64,000 bases of DNA from Candidatus Poribacteria bacterium (lineage in GTDB: Bacteria > Poribacteria > WGA-4E > WGA-3G), in NCBI GenBank assembly GCA_965197475.1, contig CBDANF010000003.1:1856001-1920000 (forward strand). Reading direction: 5' to 3'. How positions within the stretch are numbered: the stretch's first letter is position 1; every line of letters starts with the position of its first letter. Below, piece after piece: positions 52,389 to 61,655 of this stretch. Both the position numbers and the translations under genes were made by a program. The notes under the pieces are model-generated. The model saw only the letters and a list, made by a program, of their open reading frames with translations, had not been told where the DNA came from and did not search any database.

Positions 52389-53009
52389 CTAAGGCGTTCG
52401 ATCTAAATCTGCTTTTCTGACCCGTTTAATTAAGCACCCGATAGCACGCGTTTTTTTCTGTTTATCTGGAATAGTCTTTCCCTCTAATATCAGATTCAAC
52501 ACATTCCGGAGATAATGGTTTTCAGGTGTCTTCCGACTATCGTCAATTGCGCCTCTATAACGAAGTGTGTTTTCCGCATCTATAACAAATACCTCTGGTG
52601 TTCTACGTGCTTGAAAATAGTCTGCGATTTCGTTATCTGGGTCCTTAAGAATAGGAAATTCAAAGTTGTGTTTCTCGCGATACTTTTTAATTTCTTCAAT
52701 CGTCTCATGCTTATTGGAATGGATGCCGACAAACTTCACATCTTTCTCCTTGTAATCCTTAAACAGAGCAACGATGCGCTCAACATAATCATCTACCACA
52801 GGACATTGAGTTGCGAGAAATATCAGCACAACCGCTTTTTTCTCCTCACTGAGTTTCTTCAGAGAGTGAGGTTTATTTTCCGTGTCTTTGAGGTTCCAGT
52901 CCTTGACCTTTTCATCAATTTTGACAGGATTTTCTATATCCTTTTCTGCTGCTATCGCGAAAGAGACGAGAGCAAGTATGAGCCCAAAACTTGCGATGAA
53001 TTTCCGCAT
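52389..53009 (-). CDS. Secreted redoxin/thioredoxin-family protein
   Basis: FLATQCP, RTPEVFVID..YRGAIDD, AIGC. Confidence 0.88.
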   Translation of the reverse strand: MRKFIASFGLILALVSFAIAAEKDIENPVKIDEKVKDWNLKDTENKPHSLKKLSEEKKAVVLIFLATQCPVVDDYVERIVALFKDYKEKDVKFVGIHSNKHETIEEIKKYREKHNFEFPILKDPDNEIADYFQARRTPEVFVIDAENTLRYRGAIDDSRKTPENHYLRNVLNLILEGKTIPDKQKKTRAIGCLIKRVRKADLDRTP

Positions 53010-53082
53010 TTTCGTGTCTCCTTTATGTTAAAACGATGCAAACCTAATTTCGTTTATAATCCATCCATTTCGGAATATTCGA

Positions 53083-53835
53083 TTAGGATTTTACGGATGA
53101 TAAAAAATCGGTCAATTCGTGTAAATGGAAGAGTTGAACATCTACAACAGATAGGTCTGGACACGTTTTTGTCTGATCTCCGACCATCCATGCAGTCCAC
53201 ATTCCTACGTTCTTTGCACCGACCATATCTGCTTTATAACTATCGCCTACATAGATAGCTTCGGCGGGGGCAACACTCAATTCCGATAAAGCGGCTTCAA
53301 AAATGCGTGGATCGGGCTTTGCTACGCCGAACACAGTAGAATCAATAATTACTTCAAGCAACGGGGAAACTTGATATTCATTACACCATCCGCGAGTATT
53401 GCCAAAGTTGTTACTAATTACCCCAAGTTTATAGCTGCCGTGAAGCGTTTCAAGCCATCTACGATTTTCTGTAAGACTTTCCGAAACCCCATTACAGAAC
53501 CACTCGACATATTTATTTTTTAATTGCTCGCTTAAGTTAAGTCGTTTAAAAATGCCCGCAGCGATTGCATCAGCAGTTTCTCGCAAAGTGCAGCTCGCTG
53601 CCTCACTATCGGTCGCGGTTGCTCCAACAGGAAGCATTGAACCCTCTTGGTAAGACCATTCAACGGAAGCATCACCAAGTGCAAATTCTGTTACTGCCGC
53701 TTTATCTGCTACATCAAATTCTTCACGAGTGATTTCAGGATGATGTTTATGAATAAACTGGTATGCTCGTTCTAACCAGTGGATGCCGTTTCCATCTAAA
53801 GTGCCGCCAAAGTCAAAGATTAATGCACGGATCAT
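53083..53835 (-). CDS. HAD-family hydrolase
   Basis: IFDFGGTL, ISN, KPDPRIF, VGDS..DMVGA. Confidence 0.9.
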   Translation of the reverse strand: MIRALIFDFGGTLDGNGIHWLERAYQFIHKHHPEITREEFDVADKAAVTEFALGDASVEWSYQEGSMLPVGATATDSEAASCTLRETADAIAAGIFKRLNLSEQLKNKYVEWFCNGVSESLTENRRWLETLHGSYKLGVISNNFGNTRGWCNEYQVSPLLEVIIDSTVFGVAKPDPRIFEAALSELSVAPAEAIYVGDSYKADMVGAKNVGMWTAWMVGDQTKTCPDLSVVDVQLFHLHELTDFLSSVKS

Positions 53836-53868
53836 CTTAATTTGTTATTCCTTCTTTGAAGTTTATGT

Positions 53869-54936
53869 CTAATAGTCAGGATTTTCCTGATTTAACTTTG
53901 TTGCTAACGCTTTTATGACTTCAGTTGTGTTGATTTCCTGCATGCACAAGTGCGGTGTATCTTGCCGATGGCAAGTACGTTTGTAACACGGTCTACACGA
54001 CACAGGTTTCTCAATGACGGTATGTCCTGTGCCGAAAGGTTGATGACGAGTCGGATCTGTTGGTCCGAAGAGTGCGATTGTCGGGGTGCCAACTGCAGCC
54101 GCTATATGCATTGGACCACTATCACAGGTTAGACACACTTCACACCGTTCTAATAACGCACCAAGCTGAAATATATCTGTTTTTCCGACAAGATTTATTG
54201 TTGATTCTGAAAGCGGTAATTCTTTTGCCAGTGCTTTTTCTGTGGTTGAACCGGTTAACACGATTTTGACATCGGGTGCTATACTTGCAATTTGATTGAT
54301 AACTTCGGTAAAATTACTCACGTCCCACTGTTTTGTCCGCCATGTTGTTCCTAAATTTACCCCTATTAGCTGGTCATTAGGAGACACACCTTCACGCTGA
54401 AGCAGGGTTTGAATTGATTGACGATCAGCATCTGTATGCCAAAACTCTAAATGTGAAGGTGTGAGTGATGTGGTCATGCTGGCATCATTAGAAATGGGGA
54501 GGGTGTCAATATTGAGCAGTTCCAAAACACGGAGATATCGATGTACTTCATGTAGATCGGTATTATCAGAATGAGATGCTGTAAGTAAAATTCCGCGCCC
54601 TTTAAAATTTGATCCGACACGTATTGGAACTCTTGCTAAAAAAGGCAACAGCGCGTTGCGGAATGAGGTGGGGTGTAACACAACAGCAATGTCAAAATTA
54701 CTTTGCCGTATCTGGCGCACCAATTTCATAAGTGATCGATAGTGACCTTCAGCTTTGTTATCAATAATGCATCTGTCTACATACGGGTGTGTTTTCATCA
54801 AGTCAACGACAAGTGGTCGCAACAGGAGCGTCAGACAAGATTTGGGATATACTTGTTTCAGCGCGCGCAGTGTAGGCGTGAGTAGGACCATATCACCGAT
54901 CCAAGCACCTGTATGACACACAAGTATTTTTTGCAT
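53869..54936 (-). CDS. waaF: LPS heptosyltransferase II (GT9)
   Basis: WIGDMVL, DSGPMHIAAAVGTPTIALFGPT, CRPC. Confidence 0.85.
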   Translation of the reverse strand: MQKILVCHTGAWIGDMVLLTPTLRALKQVYPKSCLTLLLRPLVVDLMKTHPYVDRCIIDNKAEGHYRSLMKLVRQIRQSNFDIAVVLHPTSFRNALLPFLARVPIRVGSNFKGRGILLTASHSDNTDLHEVHRYLRVLELLNIDTLPISNDASMTTSLTPSHLEFWHTDADRQSIQTLLQREGVSPNDQLIGVNLGTTWRTKQWDVSNFTEVINQIASIAPDVKIVLTGSTTEKALAKELPLSESTINLVGKTDIFQLGALLERCEVCLTCDSGPMHIAAAVGTPTIALFGPTDPTRHQPFGTGHTVIEKPVSCRPCYKRTCHRQDTPHLCMQEINTTEVIKALATKLNQENPDY

Positions 54937-55808
54937 TAGAAAAAAAATGGATTTGACCAAGCTTTCTTACCGGTCTCATCCGTCACTTCAATTCTTACGT
55001 ATTTTGCGCTTTCTGGTATATTATATGTTGCTTCTGTTAGAAGTTCACCGTTCTGTGCAAGGAAACGCCTACCACGACTACATTCAGCTTTAAATACAAT
55101 TGATTGTGCTTCTGAACACTTAACGGTTATTTGGCTATTATGTAGGTCTATATCAAGGATTTCTGGTCCAAGCGTTGAATAAAATGCACCTGTTCGGAGT
55201 GCTTCCATAATTTTATCAAGCGTCAATTCTTGTGCTTTAACCATTATCCATCCGTGGAAACAGTCGTGTTCTGTGCCGTGTGCATCGTCGGAAGCGATGC
55301 CGAGCACTGGTCCACTTCTATCCAATAGGTCATCCCAAGCTTGTTCTGAAAACCCCTTGCCAATAGTCATACAGGTATCGTTGTAAACTTCAACAGCGAA
55401 ATAACCACGTAAAGGTAGATAATCTAAAATTGTATGTCCACACCAGTAGGGATGACATAGAACTGCTTCTCCACCTTGTTCCTTAATGTCATCAATCACA
55501 GCGTTTGGATGCATCTTTGCACAATTCACTGGTTCATGGATATTTATGGCAACAAAATGATATGTACCGCCTCCATAAGGATTTGATGGATGCACTTCAC
55601 TCCCTGATATTGCCAAAAAGTCAGATGTACTGTAAGCCTGTACGTCGTTAACTTTACGGTGATCTGTTAAGACGAGGAAATCGTAACCAGCCTCTTGGTA
55701 AGCCGCGAAACGGTCTGGGATAGAAAGTTTTCCATCGGATTCGGTGCTATGGCTGTGTGTATTACCTCGGTACCACTGCCCCGGTTGCTGAAAAGGATTT
55801 GCGTTCAT
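54936..55808 (-). CDS. PHP-domain (CehA/McbA-like) metallohydrolase
   Basis: GNTHSHSTESDG, TDH, CHP, SDDAH. Confidence 0.85.
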   Translation of the reverse strand: MNANPFQQPGQWYRGNTHSHSTESDGKLSIPDRFAAYQEAGYDFLVLTDHRKVNDVQAYSTSDFLAISGSEVHPSNPYGGGTYHFVAINIHEPVNCAKMHPNAVIDDIKEQGGEAVLCHPYWCGHTILDYLPLRGYFAVEVYNDTCMTIGKGFSEQAWDDLLDRSGPVLGIASDDAHGTEHDCFHGWIMVKAQELTLDKIMEALRTGAFYSTLGPEILDIDLHNSQITVKCSEAQSIVFKAECSRGRRFLAQNGELLTEATYNIPESAKYVRIEVTDETGKKAWSNPFFF

Positions 55809-56064
55809 TGTTTACTCCTTGCATATTGAAATGATTTCTGAATTGTTTGGGATATTGTCAAGTTAGCTGCGTATATTGAATATTCGTAGTTACAGCATCA
55901 CACTATTCAAATTGTAACATATTAAAAAGCCTTTTGTCAATATGGTTAGAATATGAGTTCTCAAGAATAATACTTGACAGAATCATAAATGTGGAGTATG
56001 CTTAAAAACAGATTAAAATAATATACCGATGAAACTTTCAAGTGAGTTTTTAAAAGGAAAAGTG

Positions 56065-57624
56065 ATGACAGGTGGGGTTATTTTTGTCGAATGCCTGAAA
56101 GCGCAAGGCGTTAAGGTGATTTTCGGTCTCCCAGGAAACCACCTTGACACCGTTTATGAGGCGTTGTTCAACAATCAAGATACTATTCGGCACTATGTGA
56201 CGCGACATGAAGGCGGGACGGCTTTCATGGCGGATGGTTATGCACGTGCTACAGGCGATGTCGGTGTTTGCATGACGGTTCCTGGACCGGGCTCAAATAA
56301 TGCTTCTATTGGGATATGTGAGGCATATACAGCGTGTTCACCGGTGCTTTGGATCACAGGACAAAATCCGTCTTACTTGGCACAGAAAGACCCAAGAAAG
56401 AGTTTTCACGGGTTAGACCAAAAAGCTGTCTTTGCCCCGATGACAAAACATATTGAAATTGTGCACCGTGTCGATCAGATTCCGGGTGCTGTCAATCGTG
56501 CTTTCAGCGCGCTGCGATCCGGACGGCCAGGACCCGTGTTGATAGAACTCGCAACAGATGCGTTACAAGCAGGAGTCGATCATCTGCCAATACCCCGAAA
56601 TAACGGCGTTCAGACAATGGGAAGCCCAGAGGATATTGATGCAGCGATAGCGTTAATCAGTGCCTCTGAACGTCCATTGATTATCTCTGGCAGTGGTATT
56701 AATCATACGCGTGCAACGGAAGAATTGCTTGAATTCGCACAGCAACTGGATGCGCCGGTTGCGATGACAGGCATGGGGAAAGGGTCTGTTCCTGAAGATT
56801 CACCCTATTCAATTGGTCTCTTCCGTGATGGCGTGGCACAAGCGGCGATGAAAGCCTCTGACCTCATAATTGCCATCGGTACGCGATTTACCTACCGTGA
56901 CACAGGCAATTGGTCGCTGAAAATCCCACAACCTCTCTTACATATTGAAGCAGATGTTAATGAGATTCATAAGGAATACCCTGCAACCGTTGGAATCGGT
57001 GCGAATCCAAAGTTGGTTTTGCAACAACTGAACGATGCCGTTAGTGCAGAAAAACTGACATGTGGTTGGGGTGAGGACTTACAGCAACTTCGGAACCACT
57101 TCACTTCAATTGAACCGCCGCGTATTCTCAAAGAGATGCGGGATGTTATGCCACGTGATGCTACCTTATCAGTTGATGTCAATATCACTGGCTACGGTGC
57201 GCTGTCACATTTCCCGACCTACTTTCCAGGGAGTTACATTTTTTCAGGAATATCAGTTGCAATGGGAATCGGACTAACGGGTGCTATCGGTGCACAAGTT
57301 GCCTATCCAGATCGGAAGGTTGTTGCCCTCAGTGGGGATGGGGGCTTTTTAATGACCAGTCCTGATCTCGCAACAGCAGTAATGTATGATCTACCTATTG
57401 TTACGCTTGTGATGAATGATAATCAATACACTTCGATTGAGCGGGGACAGTTACGACGGTTCGGTAAGCGCATCGGTGTGGAATTGGTTAATCCTGATTT
57501 TATTCAGTTCGCTGAATCGTTTGGGGCAATCGGATTGCGTGTTGAAGACATGGATGATTTTAAACCGATGTTGGAGAAAGCACTTGCTTTGGATAAGCCA
57601 GTAGTTGTTGAAGTAATAAAATAA
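56065..57624 (+). CDS. Thiamine pyrophosphate-binding protein (acetolactate synthase-like)
   Basis: RHE, GPG, GDGGF..MND motif. Confidence 0.92.
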   Translation: MTGGVIFVECLKAQGVKVIFGLPGNHLDTVYEALFNNQDTIRHYVTRHEGGTAFMADGYARATGDVGVCMTVPGPGSNNASIGICEAYTACSPVLWITGQNPSYLAQKDPRKSFHGLDQKAVFAPMTKHIEIVHRVDQIPGAVNRAFSALRSGRPGPVLIELATDALQAGVDHLPIPRNNGVQTMGSPEDIDAAIALISASERPLIISGSGINHTRATEELLEFAQQLDAPVAMTGMGKGSVPEDSPYSIGLFRDGVAQAAMKASDLIIAIGTRFTYRDTGNWSLKIPQPLLHIEADVNEIHKEYPATVGIGANPKLVLQQLNDAVSAEKLTCGWGEDLQQLRNHFTSIEPPRILKEMRDVMPRDATLSVDVNITGYGALSHFPTYFPGSYIFSGISVAMGIGLTGAIGAQVAYPDRKVVALSGDGGFLMTSPDLATAVMYDLPIVTLVMNDNQYTSIERGQLRRFGKRIGVELVNPDFIQFAESFGAIGLRVEDMDDFKPMLEKALALDKPVVVEVIK

Positions 57625-57756
57625 AGACAATCTCAAAACGGAACGACAAAGTGGTCGCGCCATTCAGAATTAGAACAACACAGTGGTTGTTCAGTACAGC
57701 AATAGAAATCTTTGATTTTATAATCTCGATTATAAATCGGGGAGCAGGAGTTTGAT

Positions 57757-58959
57757 ATGCGAAAAAAGATAGGAGTTTTGACAGGGGGTGGTGATACGAG
57801 CGCACTTAACGCTACCCTCAAAGGCATCGCGTTGAAAGCCGAAGAACTCGGTTTTGAACTGGTCGGATTTATGGAAGGGTGGCGTGGTGTTTTGAAAGGT
57901 GGACGCTACTTTACGCTCACCCCTGACCTGATTGATGAAAATCGCGGTGGAACGCTTTTGAAAAGTTCGCGCACTAACCTTATTGCAATGGATAAATTGG
58001 ATGAAGCGATAGAAAACCTGAAAAAACTAAAGATTAGTGGTCTCATCCCTATTGGCGGGGACGACACGCTGACAGTTGGCACTGCGCTTTCAGAACAAAT
58101 CACAACAGTTTTCGTTACAAAGACGATAGATAATGATGTCGGTATCAATCCGCCTGAAGGCGATGCGGTTGATTATTCAAAGATGGTCAACTATTTCTGT
58201 CCCGGTTTTCCATCCGCTGCAAGTCGAGTGATCAACGCTGTCCGAGATTTGTGGACAACGACCTATTCACACGATCGCGTCATTATCGTGGAGGCAATGG
58301 GCAGAGATGCTGGATGGTTGACGTTATCCGCAGCTTACGGTTTGGCAGACCTTATCGTTGTTCCTGAAGTGCCGTATCAACCTGACAAGTTGGCAGAAGC
58401 AATCCGAGAAAAACATGCTGAGCAGGGAAATGTCATCGTCGTTGTTTCGGAAGGTATCCGAAATGATGCGGGGGAATTAATGATTACCTCACAGGCAGAA
58501 CTTGATGCCTTCGGACACACGAAACCTGGAGGATGTTCTGAAATTATCGTTGAAGCGATGAAGAAACGGCTTCCCGATATATCAAGTTCATCGTTCCGTG
58601 CGTTGATACTTGGATATATGCAAAGATGCGGCAGTCCAACAGGGTTGGATAGAGATGCCGCAATCAAGGCGGGATCGCTTGCTGTGCGATCACTTGCAGA
58701 TGGAATGGTAAATGGGGTCGCTACGATTACTCGGACAGATGCTGGCATTGAACCGATTATGTTGTCTTTGGAACAAGTGCTAAAACGCGACGAAACCGGA
58801 CACGTTATTCGCCGCAGCCTTGATCCGCGGTTTTATGATGCGGAGAACTATCATTTGTCGCCTGCCGGTGCTGGATATTTCCGACCACTTTTTGGGGATT
58901 TGCCCCGCCGTGCGTTAACTTTAGAGGAACGTCATATTGAGATAAGTGAAATTGTGTAA
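57757..58959 (+). CDS. pfkA: 6-phosphofructokinase, probably PPi-dependent
   Basis: TGGGD, GGDDT, KTIDND, MGR. Confidence 0.9.
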   Translation: MRKKIGVLTGGGDTSALNATLKGIALKAEELGFELVGFMEGWRGVLKGGRYFTLTPDLIDENRGGTLLKSSRTNLIAMDKLDEAIENLKKLKISGLIPIGGDDTLTVGTALSEQITTVFVTKTIDNDVGINPPEGDAVDYSKMVNYFCPGFPSAASRVINAVRDLWTTTYSHDRVIIVEAMGRDAGWLTLSAAYGLADLIVVPEVPYQPDKLAEAIREKHAEQGNVIVVVSEGIRNDAGELMITSQAELDAFGHTKPGGCSEIIVEAMKKRLPDISSSSFRALILGYMQRCGSPTGLDRDAAIKAGSLAVRSLADGMVNGVATITRTDAGIEPIMLSLEQVLKRDETGHVIRRSLDPRFYDAENYHLSPAGAGYFRPLFGDLPRRALTLEERHIEISEIV

Positions 58960-59002
58960 TTCATCGTTTATAGTAAAATCTAAAATACATAAACAACCCA
59001 CT

Positions 59003-59031
59003 TGTAGGCGCGCTTACAAAGCGCGCCTACA
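59003..59031. repeat. GTAG-type REP palindrome (second copy near 19030-19051)
   Basis: TGTAGGCGCGCTTACAAAGCGCGCCTACA. Confidence 0.7.
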
Positions 59032-59061
59032 AGAATTATAATTGAATGCGGATAATTCCCG

Positions 59062-60123
59062 CTACAGCGGTAACAAAATTGGGGTGCCTGTTTGTGAGGA
59101 ACGATACGTTGCTTCCGCCAATTCGATGCCATCTCTCCCGATACGTCCGTGTGTTGTCGGTTCTGCCTCACCTGCAATGCACTGTAGCCAATGATCAATG
59201 CTTGTGCCTTTCGCTGCTATGCTCCAGTAGCGTTGATTTCGATGTCCTTCTGGCACGTTGCGGTATGTGTCATCATCCGGCACTGATGCCGTAAATTCCT
59301 CAGCGGATTTCATATCGTGGATTTTCCAGCGCAAACCATGTCTACCCAACGTCGCTGAGCCATTACTCGTAACAAGACCGCTCCCGCTATGGCCAACTTC
59401 GGCAGTCCAACTCTTAATCATCATTCCGACCCCACCATTTTTGAAATGCACGGTTAACAAAGCGTTGTTTTCTACCGCTTGATCAGGCGGCGGATAGGTG
59501 CCGCCGAGAGGAACATGAGTTGTGAACCCGTAGACAGTGGAGGCGGGACCATACAGCCACAACCAGATGTCAAGGTTGTGGATCGCTTGTTCCACAAGCA
59601 TACCACCAGATTCCGCTTTGACGAAAAGCCACGGATGCCGTTCGGGTGAAAAGTATCCTATTTGATTACAATATGCCATTTGCAGCGTGCCGAGTGTGCC
59701 ATCTTCTAACAGCGATTTCAGTTTCATATATCCCGGATCAAATCGCATCATATAGGCTACCATCAGGAGCACACCAGCATTTTCTGCAGCGGCGACCATT
59801 TCGTCCCCCTCAGTGACGTTACAACACATCGGTTTTTCCATCAAAATGTGCTTGCCAGCATCGGCAGCAGCGCGGGTAATTTCAAGGTGTGGACGCGGAT
59901 GAACGCACACATCAACTGCATCTATGTCCTGTCTATCCAAGAGTGCGCAATAATCTGTGTATGCATCTGCGCCAAATCGGTCTGCTTGTTCAGTAGCAGA
60001 TTTTTCGTTTATGTCGGCGATGGCGACGATGTCTGCGCGCCGTGTCGGTTCTTGGTAATACGGGGAATGGAGGTTACGAAAAATACCGCCACATCCGATA
60101 ATACCAACTCTAATTCTGTCCAT
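59062..60123 (-). CDS. Gfo/Idh/MocA oxidoreductase
   Basis: GIIGCGGI, EKP, GGMLVEQAIH. Confidence 0.92.
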   Translation of the reverse strand: MDRIRVGIIGCGGIFRNLHSPYYQEPTRRADIVAIADINEKSATEQADRFGADAYTDYCALLDRQDIDAVDVCVHPRPHLEITRAAADAGKHILMEKPMCCNVTEGDEMVAAAENAGVLLMVAYMMRFDPGYMKLKSLLEDGTLGTLQMAYCNQIGYFSPERHPWLFVKAESGGMLVEQAIHNLDIWLWLYGPASTVYGFTTHVPLGGTYPPPDQAVENNALLTVHFKNGGVGMMIKSWTAEVGHSGSGLVTSNGSATLGRHGLRWKIHDMKSAEEFTASVPDDDTYRNVPEGHRNQRYWSIAAKGTSIDHWLQCIAGEAEPTTHGRIGRDGIELAEATYRSSQTGTPILLPL

Positions 60124-60378
60124 GAAATTCTCCTTTCTGCCTGCTACTTTTGTGTTACGCAATCAAATCAACAATTAATAATTGCGCTTCAACCTTTTCT
60201 GTAGGAACGACCTCGTTGTTGAGATTTCCTTTCCTCTGTAGGAGCGACCTTCGACTAAAACGGATAATAAGTCGACAATTGAATGTCTCTATGGTTTTAC
60301 AGAAGAAATATTGAATTTTGTCAATACATCGTGTATAATTTGCATAAACATTATGTTTTTCCGATACGGAGGTCGCAG

Positions 60379-60585
60379 ATGAACACAGCCTCACAAAACA
60401 TATTGGAAGCATTCAATCAACTGCCCGAGATAGAAAAACATGCGCTCGCCTCTGAAATCATCAAACAAGTGGCTCTGCTGGATTTTCCACCTTTAACAAA
60501 TGACGCACTCACGGAAATTGCGGATGCGCTTTTCGTTGTGCATGATGAAACGGAGGCGAAGGATGCCGAAACACAATCGGGGTGA
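60379..60585 (+). CDS. Small putative antitoxin
   Basis: GGAGG RBS; overlaps the start of a PemK-like toxin. Confidence 0.6.
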   Translation: MNTASQNILEAFNQLPEIEKHALASEIIKQVALLDFPPLTNDALTEIADALFVVHDETEAKDAETQSG

Positions 60586-60880
60586 AGTCTGGCTGGTTGA
60601 CCTGGCATGGTAGCCAAAGTTAGACCTTGCCTCGTCATTAGCACACCCGCCTTGTGCAAGATCGTGCGCTTGTAACCGTTGTAACGCATACAACAAGCAC
60701 ACGCGGTTCAAGGTTTGAAGTCCCTGTGAGAACAAGATATTTGGATGCTGCCGGTGTTTTTGATGCACAAAGTGTATAGTTACCGTACCCGAGGCGAAGT
60801 TCTTGAGGAAATTAGGCACTCTCCAACCCGACCAACTATCTGCGATAGAAGATGCAGTGCGTCAATGGTTGAAACTCTAA
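60563..60880 (+). pseudogene. Frameshifted PemK/MazF toxin
   Basis: RGEVWLVDL / MVAKVRPCLVIS / RGSRFEV / IEDAVRQWL spread across frames. Confidence 0.75.
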
Positions 60881-61623
60881 CCCAACCTACGAGTTCCTTT
60901 CTGCCTGCTAACTTTTAGAATAGGAAGTGTTTCTTCATCCTCTAAGAGTGCAAGTGCCTCTGCAATGAGTGCGTGCTGTAGTATCGGATTATTCGGTTCT
61001 CCAAGCGGATGTCCAAAACCGTACGGAACAAGTAACACACGCGGCGGTTTCACTTTCTTCGCAATGCTTTCAACAAGCGCAATTGAAACTGTGGAAATCC
61101 CTACTTCTTCAACAGCACGTTGTATCAACCCTACAGACTGATTGCACATCGGTCACACAGGAGTTAAAAAAGCGACGTTCACCTCATCTGTTTTAAGCAT
61201 CTGTGCAACCTCTGGTGCGGTTTGTGCAATAAGGGGTTTCGGTTTTGTGATTGACCCCATAAAACTAAAATGCCTATGATTGAGCGAACCGATTTTGCCT
61301 TCGGTCTCCAACTCCCTGAATCTATCAAGTGGAAACGCCAAGTTCACATCATTTTCAATACCGCTGTCATCATAAGCCTCACTTTTATGTCCACTATTTA
61401 GTTCTTGTGTCTGAATAGAATTTGGGATCTCGCGGTACGAACAATCATTCTTCTCAAAGGAATTTTGATTAGAGAGATAAAATCCAGCAGTTGTGATGAG
61501 TGCAACTTTACACTCTTTCAACGGCAAGGACAGCGGTGTGTTAGGAGATGTTTTATAACGCTGAATGCGATAAAACTTCATAAAGAATTGAATTATATGA
61601 TCAATTTTACGTAAAGATGCCAT
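60877..61623 (-). CDS. PrdB/GrdB-like selenoprotein B family protein (PV-U-PMC)
   Basis: VALITTAG, FPLDR, SFMG, AFLTPV-TGA(61155-61153)-PMCNQSVGLIQR, PPR, GHPLG; SECIS-like stem ATCAGTCT-GTA-GGGTTGAT. Confidence 0.9.
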
Positions 61624-61655
61624 AATTATTTTATTGTTGGATTCATGTGCTGCAA

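Noticed and set aside
20420-61623. Genome-wide TGA reassignment (code 4 or 25)
   Set aside because: TGA ends ordinary genes (e.g. 4900, 8507); read-through occurs only at Cys-equivalent UxxC sites
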